From the human T2T-CHM13v2.0 reference genome, Homo sapiens: DNA of 64,000 bases. Made by a program: the position numbers and the translations under genes. Below are positions 51,792 through 64,000 of the stretch, one piece after another (the stretch's first letter is position 1; every line of letters begins with the position of its first letter). Below the pieces are notes generated by a model. It was not told the origin of the DNA. It did no database searches and saw nothing but the letters and a program-made list of their open reading frames with translations. The stretch lies in NCBI RefSeq assembly GCF_009914755.1, contig NC_060925.1. One strand, written 5' to 3'.

Positions 51792-51864
51792 GTGAGTGAG
51801 GGCACCCTGCACAGGCACACGTGGGTGCCATGCACAGACAGACATCATGTATGGGCACAATGGA

Positions 51865-52078
51865 CACCACTGTGTACATGAGCAGTGGGCACACATGCGT
51901 ATTTGCGCACCACTGTGTACACGAGCAGTGGGCACACACACATACGTGCGCACCACTGTGTACATCAGCAGTGAGCACACACGTATGTGTGCGCCACTGT
52001 GTACGTGAGCAGTGGGCACACACACGTACGTGCGCGCCACTGTGTACACGAGCAGTGAGCACACACACGTACCTGCGG
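51865..52078. repeat. ~43-bp minisatellite, 5 copies, TFAP2E intron 6
   Basis: CACTGTGTAC at 51868, 51911, 51954, 51995, 52038. Confidence 0.9.
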
Positions 52079-52699
52079 CCCATGTGGCACCACACATGGG
52101 CACACCTAGGCTCCCTGCTTAGGCTTTCCTGGGCATATGTGTGCATGCCACCTGGGCACACTTGGGTGCCACATATGGGTATATTTGGGCATCATGTTTA
52201 TCACTCAGACATACATGAACACTCTTCACAAGCTCCTGGAGCACACATAGACACTACATGTGAACATATCTGGGCTCCTGCATCAGGAACAGTGATGTCA
52301 CATACTGGCTCACACAGGCTCACGCATGGGTCCTACACTCACATACACTCCCAGGACACCACCAGCCCTACTCCCCATCGCAGGTCTGAGGCTCCCTCTT
52401 CTAGCCTTGCCCATCAACCCTCTGCTCCAGTGACGTCCATCAGGCCACCAAGTCACACCTGACTGTTCTGCAAATCCCATTGTGCCTCCCTCACTACCGT
52501 TCACATGCTGCCACCTCTACTCAGGTCTTCATCTCACTCCTGGACCTTCACCCCAGAGCGTCCCTGTTTCCAACCTCCCTGCACGTGCACCCGCCCCACT
52601 GCATAAGAATCTTCAATGGTTCCCGCTGCATTGATTTTCAAACTAGGTCTGCGAGGGCACCTCAGGGCCTGTTTAACAAACTAGTATTCTATTAAGATT

Positions 52700-53323
<624 letters not shown>

Positions 53324-53345
53324 TTAGTTCTTCCAAAAGAGTTCT

Positions 53346-54014
53346 TGTCTTAGTCCATTTGGGCTGCTATAACAAAATACCATAAACTGGGTAGCTTATA
53401 AACAACAGAAATTTTTATTTATTTATTTATTGAGACAGAATCTTGTTCTGTTGCCCAGGCCGGAGTGCAGTGGTGCAATCTCAGTGCACTGCAACCTCCA
53501 GCTCCTGGGTTCAAGCAATTCTCCTGCCTCAGCCTCCTGAGTAGCTGGGATTACAGGTGCCTGCCACCACATCTGGTTAATTTTTGTATTTTTAGTAAAG
53601 GTTTCACCATGTTGGCCAGGCTGGTCTCAAACTCCCGACCTCACATGATCCACCTGCCTTGGGCTCCCTAAGTGCTTGGATTATAGGTGTGAGCCACCAC
53701 GCCCAGCCAACAAGAGACATTTATTTCTCATAGTGCTGGAGGCTGGGAAGTTCAAGGTCAAGGCAGATTCCGTGTCAGGTGAGGGCCTGCTTTCTGGCTC
53801 ATAGACAGCACCTTGCTGTGTGTCCTCACATTGTAGAAGGGAGAAGGGGTTACTCTCTGGCTTCTTTTATAACAAGGGCATTAATCCCATTCATGACGGC
53901 TCCACCTCCATGACCTAATCACCTCCCAAAGTCCTCACCTCCTAATACTATCACCTAGTGGGGTAGAATTTCAACATACGAATTTTGGGGAACATAAGCA
54001 TTCACACCATAGCA
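53346..54014 (-). mobile_element. MaLR solo LTR (MLT1A/MST-like) with an Alu inserted at ~53415-53708
   Basis: TGTCTTAGTCCATTTGGGCTGCTATAACAAAATACC ... ACCATAGCA termini. Confidence 0.8.
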
Positions 54015-54078
54015 GTCCCACTGCAAGAAAAGACAGAGAGAGGAGGGGGATAGAGAAAGAGAGAAAGAAAGAGAGAGA

Positions 54079-54345
54079 GACTGAGTGCAGTGGCTTATGC
54101 CTGTAATCCCAGCACTTTGGGAAGCTGAGGTGATCAGATCGCTTGAGCCCAGGAGTTCAAGGCCAGCCTGGGCAACTTGGCGAAACCCCATCTGTACTAA
54201 AAAAAAATTAGCCAGGAGTGATGGTGCGCACCTGTAGTCCCAGCTACTCGGGAGGCTGAGGTTGAGACTGCAGTGAGCTGGGATCACACCACTGCACTCC
54301 AGCCTGGGTGACAGAGCAAGACCTTGTCTCGGAAAAAAAAGAAAA
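54079..54345 (+). mobile_element. Alu (J-like)
   Basis: Alu consensus with deletion. Confidence 0.88.
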
Positions 54346-55409
54346 GAGAGAGATAAATCTGAGAACTACCAGTTGGTAGGCTAAAGTTCAAACTCTTTTG
54401 AGGGCCCCACAGTCTGGCCCACACAAACTCCACCCACTTCTGCCAACCCTGTCCTCACATCCTTGGGTTTGTTTCCGGCTTAGAACATCCAGTCCTCCCA
54501 CCTAACACAGTCCTTCAAACTGACAACTCCACCCTCCTGCCTTTGAGGCTTTCCTCAAGTGCCCAAGGCAGAAGAGGAAGCACAGACTCCTGGGACTGCC
54601 AAATGGAGAGACCTCTGAGGCTGCTCATACTGTGGCTGGAGAAACCTAGCCAGGACGGGGCTCACCTCGTTCACTTATCAGCTCATTCATCAAGCACTTT
54701 GTGGGTCTCAGTCATGTGTAAGATACTGGCTGGCTTTCATGGTGACACAAAGATGAATGATGAGTGATTCTCTTGCCTGAGCCACACACAGGACGCACAA
54801 AGGAATGAATAATGAATGGCTGCAAACTAGAGCTAGGTTCAAATCCCAGCTCGGTCACCTTGACAGGTCATCCAACCTGTCCGAAACCAGTTTTCTTGTC
54901 CGTATGATGGGGATAATAATAGTATAGACTTGTTATGAAGATTAAGATGATGCAGACAGTGTGGTTGGCACAGCATCCAGCCTTCAATTATATTCACTGC
55001 TAGTTATTATTTCCGGCAGATTCTGGATTGTTTCCTGATAGCTTCAAAGACAAAGTTCTGTGAAGCATTGAGTGTTTGGGGTGGGAGAGGGAATCCAGGA
55101 AAGTTTCCTATATAAGGTAGTAAGTAGCTGAGCTGCACTTTGAATGAATATGGGCCAGACATCCAAAAAAGAAACATTACAGGGTGATCGACATGTGCTG
55201 TTTATTAGCTGTGTGATACTGGGCTAGTCAAATGACTTCTCTGAACCTTAGTTTCCTTTTCTGTAAAAAACAGTATGGTCATCATTTGCAGACTGTTGGG
55301 AGGGTCAGCAATTGTGTAGCTAATGTCTGTAAAATGCCTAGCATGTAGCAGGTCCTTCTCTGGGCTCAGACTTTTGTCCTCCAACCTCTGACCCTCCTTC
55401 TCGCACCAG

Positions 55410-55692
55410 GCAGATCTGCAAGGAGTTTGCAGACTTGATGGCTCAGGACCGCTCACCGCTGGGCAACAGCCGCCCAGCACTCATCCTGGAGCCCGGAGTA
55501 CAGAGCTGCTTGACACACTTTAGCCTCATCACCCATGGCTTCGGTGGGCCTGCCATCTGTGCTGCCCTCACTGCCTTCCAGAACTATTTGCTGGAGTCAC
55601 TCAAGGGGCTGGACAAGATGTTTCTAAGCAGTGTGGGCAGTGGGCATGGTGAAACCAAGGCTTCGGAGAAGGATGCCAAGCATCGGAAATAA
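55410..55692 (+). CDS. TFAP2E: AP-2 epsilon last coding exon
   Basis: [18 protein letters not shown]...[26 protein letters not shown]...KDAKHRK-TAA. Confidence 0.96.
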
Positions 55693-56588
55693 CTGCTTCT
55701 CCCACCCCATCCCTAAGGGGCTCCCAGGCCCTGAAATAGGGACTTAGCTCTTGGGGGTGGGCCTGGAAGGACTGAAAGGTGGGATTAGAGTCAGGCCAGA
55801 AAGAGAACATTCATCCAGAGATCCCAGAGTTGGGGATCTGGCTTGGAGTAAGGGAGGGTGGCCTCTCTGTGGTGGTGTGTTGGTAAGTTAAGGGCCCAGG
55901 TATTTGTCTCATGTGTGCAATTTTCTGACCTTTGATGGTTGAGAAGGGTTTGGACAGAAAATTGACATGAAAAGATCTGGCTCATGGGGCAGAGCCCTTT
56001 CCATTAGCGTGGCTGGGTGGCCGTGGGTGCTTCTAGAGGCCAAAGCCTTTGTGTTTTTCACTGGTGGCAGGAGGAAAATTGATAAATCAGAGGTGCTACT
56101 GAGGAGTTGGTGCCCCTCATTCCAGAATCTCCTACCCCCAGAAAAGGGGTGCTGGAAGGAGGCCCCAGTGGACTCTTTGTACCCTTCCTACTCTCAGAGA
56201 GAAGTGGGCAGGAGGGGTCCTCAAGGAACAAAGAAGATAAAGCACAAATCGCAGAACTTGAATCCAGGCTGCTGCTCATCATAGTCCTGTTGCTGTCTGT
56301 CCTATTTATTTATGTATGTTGTAATTAAATTTGAAATTTTAAAATGTCCAGTGCAACTTATTTATCCCAATGAGTTGGGGATTCATTTCACTGTTTTCTG
56401 GCCATACACTGATATGTCCAGCTGGACCAGGAGGGAGAGGGTGTTTTTGCTGGCAAAGGGCTGTGGGTGGGTTGGGAGGGAAGAAAGGTGTGTCAGGCAC
56501 CCTGAGGTTGTCACTGGGATCTTGTATTTGTGGTTATTTTGCCCCTGCAGTTGATGTACCTCCCCATGTCCCCATCTCTCATTCTCTT

Positions 56589-56594
56589 AATAAA
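56589..56594 (+). terminator. TFAP2E: TFAP2E polyadenylation signal AATAAA (alternative ATTAAA near 56324; AU-rich TATTTATTTAT near 56303)
   Basis: First canonical hexamer after the stop codon. Confidence 0.65.
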
Positions 56595-59340
56595 GCCTTT
56601 CATTGGATATGAAGCCCTCCCTGTCCTTCTTTAGCCCAGGCCTGGATTTGCCTCCTAAGAGGGCAATGTCACTGGGGAGAGGCAGGGCCTGGGAATTGGG
56701 CAGGGGGTAGGATTGGAAGGGGCCCCTAAGAGCATGGGAGGGAACTGGGGGCCCCTCTGTGTGAGAGGAGGTACAGATGTTGGTCTATCTGGCATGTCAG
56801 TGTGGCTATTAGTTGCTGTGCCTGTGTGTGTGTGTGTCAAGTGAATACTGTATGTGTATTCCTGTGACTTGGTGGGCTGGTGGGTGTATGTGTCAGTTTG
56901 GCTGTTACCATGCCCGTTGGTGGTGGATTTGTTACCATGCCCGTTGGTGGTGGTGTGTAGGTGTCAGTCGGAACACTGGTGACGGTGTGTGTCTATCAGG
57001 CCAACGCTCATCCAACTCTCGTCTTGAGGATTACACTCTTCAGTCATCTTTTCTGTCCTGTATCGTCAGTGTCTCCCTCTCTACAGAATGATTACTGGAT
57101 CACCCCACAGAGTACAAATGTTCTAGGATCTCTTACCTTACAAAACATAAATCCTTTCCCCATTTCTTTATTTCCTTTGCAGTTAAAGTTCTTGAAAGAT
57201 TGCTATACCTATACCTCCATTTCTTCACCTCCAATTTCCTCTTCAATCTGCTTTTTTCCCGACCAGTCGGCTGAAGTCCACTCAGCATGGTCATCACAAT
57301 GTCAAATCTCAAGGCCTTTTTTCTGGATTTAACAGCAGCAGTCAATGGATATGGCTGACTACTTGCTCTTTTCTGCAACTCTTTTCCTCTGTGGCTCCTA
57401 ACTTCTGGTTTCCTATGACCTCACTGGTCCCAATTCTGCCTACTTAGCTGGCTACTTCTCTACTTGACCTCTAAATGATGGCTTTCCTCAGGTCCCTCTC
57501 TATACTGTCTCCTTAGATTGGTCTCATTCAATCCCATGTCTTTCAATATCTCAATACTGCCAATTCCTGAATGTTTATCTTCAGCCCAGGCTGCTGCCTG
57601 AACTCCAGACTTGGAGGTACAACTGTCTGCCAGCTTGGCTAGTAGGCATCTCAAAACTCATGTCCAAAATGGAGCACATGACTCAAGTACTGAAATCGTG
57701 ACCTCTTCCAGACCATCCCACCACAGTAGATGACACCACCTTCTACCCAGTTGCTCAAGTCAGAAACTGGGGAGTCCTATTTAGTTCTTTCTCTACACTC
57801 AATCCTTCAGAAAGACCTATGGATTCTGAGTCCATCTTCTTTCTTCTCTGCCAACACCCTAGTTCTCTGGACTGCTATAGTAGTCTCCCAACCGGTCTAT
57901 TTTCTCTGGTACACCTTCAAAGTCAGGTCCAGCAATGATCTAACTTTGCCTGATTCTCTAGCCTCATCTTATACTACTCTCTTCATCACTCACTTTGCTC
58001 CAGCCACATTGGTTTCCTTTCTGTTCCTCAAACTACCACTTTGTTTTATGCCCCAGGGTCATTGTATTCACTGTTGTTTGCCTGGATTGCTGTCCCCGTG
58101 TCTTTGCAAGTGTGCTGTCAGGGAGAGATGGGGTGCTTTGCAAGTGAAGATTGTGCTAGAAACACAGGGTCTAGGCATCATTTCTCAGGATAAGGGTCCA
58201 AAGATGTGACTTCTTTTCCCAAGAAGCTGCAATGCCTCAACGTCCCCATGTGTCCAGTGAAAGCTCTCCAGACACAGTGGGGCCTCCTCTGGGGGCCTGT
58301 CCCTCATGCTAAATGCATGGGGACCCTCAATATGTTCTAACCCTGGCCCTGCCACTCACTTGGTGTGCCACTCTAAGCTTCAGGTCCCCTGGTATGTACC
58401 CCCCCCCAGCAGGATGTTAGGTGGTGCTGATACCTTGAGGCAGTATCCAGATGTGGCACTAAAGAATTCTCAATCATGCGGGAGGAAGTTCTGCCTTTCT
58501 CCAGCCCCTTTCAATCAGTCCTTCTGAATACATCAAGAAGAAAGTCTCCATTTGGGGCTGGCATGACTTTAACACCTAATATTTGCTTTTCCTCATTTTA
58601 ACAAAGAGCTCAGTGCCTTCCCCAAGTATCCCTATCTGGGTTATTCAATCCTTTCTGCAGAAAGGAAGAGAAAGGAATGTGGGGGAAGGCTGAAGTATGC
58701 TCTGCTTTAACTGAAGCCTAGGGCCTGGCAAGAGACATCCTACCTCTAAAATTATCTTTGACCATGGGAAGTTGAGGGGATTAAATAAGATATACAACGC
58801 TTCTATATAATGCCTGGAATATAGTAACAAATCAATAAAAGGTTATAAATACCCAGAAGAAATTAGTTTATCAAAAACTTTTCAGGGGCTGGACAACTTT
58901 CCCTAAGGAAGGATCATGTAGTCCTCAACAAGTCCTATTTTAGAAACAAGAAAGTTGTAGATCAAAGCAACTTGCCCAAAGTCACTAAGCAAGTGATCAC
59001 GCATACGTGTGTGATCCGACCCTCCCTTCATTTCCACTGCATCACATGGCCGTCTACAGAAGGGCTCACAGGCCTGACCCCAGCAAGGGGAAGCAGGTCC
59101 TCCCAGGCCCTTGTGCCCCAAGGCTCTGCTAAGCCAGCATATGGTCAGGATAGTTAACAGTGCAGAGGAAGCAGTATGGTATGGACACTAAGTGGCCTAA
59201 GAAGCTCCTAATGAGGTCTCAGCATTTGATTCTTCCCATTAAGTTGTTTTTCTTTTCCCCACAGCAAAATAAATCACGTTTTAGCCTCTAACTGGGTCTA
59301 GCCCTAAGGAAAAGTAGATGATGAATAAAGTTTACACGGG

Positions 59341-59665
59341 GGCTGGGTGCAGTGGCTCGCGCCTGTAATCTCAGCACTTTGGGAAGCCGAGGCAGACAGA
59401 TCATTTGAGGTCAGGGGTTCCAAGACCATCCTAGTCAACATGGTGAAACCCTGTCTCTACAAAAATATAAAAATTAGCCGGGTGTGGTGGTGCACGCCTG
59501 TAATCCCAGCTACTCAGAAGGCTGAGGCAGAAGAATTGCTTGAACCCAGGAGGCAGAGGCTACAGTGAGCCGAGATCGTGCCATTGCACTCCAGCCTGAG
59601 TGACAGAGCAAGATTCTGTCTAAAAATAATAATAATAATAAAATTAAATTAAAAATTAAAAATAA
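59341..59665 (+). mobile_element. Alu
   Basis: Alu consensus, (AAT)n tail. Confidence 0.9.
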
Positions 59666-60559
59666 AGTATACACAGATTGTTTACATGGCTTCTTTTTTG
59701 CAAACAAGTATCTGTGAATTAAACGGAGAGTGTTTAGACTGGGTAAGCATTCCAATTTGGAGTTTAAAGACTTTCCTACTTTCTCTTAAAGGATCATAGT
59801 GTTCCAGAATAAATATGAAAAGTGCAGTCTTTGAAAACATTCCCTCCCATGAAGGAAAGTAAGTGAAGGCAAGTTGCAGGTTTCTCCTCCCAAACACACT
59901 AACACATAATTTACACACTGGACTAAGCAAGCAGCAGACATTTAGAGAGAATCCAAGAATGCACCTCTTTCTCTTGCTTGGGCACTGCTGCTGCTTTGGT
60001 CAAAAGGCCGAGGGGAGCAGAAGTGAAAGGACTCTGGGCTCCAGGCAGGGCAGACCTAGCAGTTGCTCAGCTAGCAAGACCAAGCTCTTGGGTCATTTCA
60101 GTGGCCTCTTCCATCTCTCAAAGGTTTCTGCCTTCCCATACCCTCTCTAGTAGGGTTTAGCTTCCCTACCCTGAGGCAAAACAGCTGCTCTCTTCTCCAA
60201 CCTATCCCCCCTCCCACCCCGAGCCTGGGAAGGAATAATTTGTTTTTCTGTGTATTAATCACCTGAAAGCAGATGGGAGCTAATCAGAACTCCATTCTGA
60301 ACAGTGTTTGGCCAGGAGTGTTAAATAATGGGTACATTCCCAGTGTTTTTTAAACTTCAGGAAATTGATTTAGGACACAGCTGGCATTTTAAAAACTAAA
60401 ATCCAGCGGAAGAAAACAGAAGTTACCAGAACACACTACATCATGACTCCACACACACATCCCTCTGTAAGAAAAGTTCCACAAAGCAATGCTTACCCTT
60501 CTTATAGTAGGTATATATAGGTGTGAAGTCAGGAGTGAATGACGAGGCCATGTAAATTT

Positions 60560-64000
<3,441 letters not shown>

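Noticed and set aside
51865-52078. CRISPR-like appearance (palindromic repeats at regular spacing)
   Set aside because: The intervening segments are themselves near-identical, there are no cas genes and the context is a human intron; it is a minisatellite
51580-52462. 193- and 213-aa His/Cys/Thr-rich ORFs
   Set aside because: Products of the 43-bp minisatellite and CA/TG low-complexity DNA

Overview
Human (primate) genomic DNA, recognisable as chr1p34.3. In order along the window: the 5' end of KIAA0319L/AAVR on the minus strand (non-coding exon 1 and first coding exon), head-to-head across a CpG-island bidirectional promoter with the complete NCDN (neurochondrin) gene on the plus strand (7 coding exons, 2190 nt, 729 aa). 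Next is the complete TFAP2E (AP-2 epsilon) gene on the plus strand (7 coding exons, 1329 nt, 442 aa), with a second CpG island in intron 3. The last ~3.4 kb is probably the Alu-containing distal 3'UTR of PSMB2 (minus strand; inferred from recalled gene order, no PSMB2 coding sequence is visible). The rest is dense in Alu, L1, L2/MIR, MER and MaLR repeats; repeat boundaries and subfamilies were read by eye. Nearly all short ORFs in the track are spurious. I found no convincing new protein-coding system. The most unusual sequence-level signals are: a 10.5-bp-phased array of ZBED1/DREF-like TCGYGA motifs in the NCDN 5' region; an L1 17-mer amplified in both orientations with a perfect 29-bp stem; a duplicated E-box/antisense splice donor beside a 17-bp tandem repeat in the TFAP2E intron 3 island; a hairpin-unit 43-bp minisatellite; a CTCF site with upstream module between NCDN and TFAP2E; and uORF, leaky-scanning and alternative-acceptor features in all three genes.
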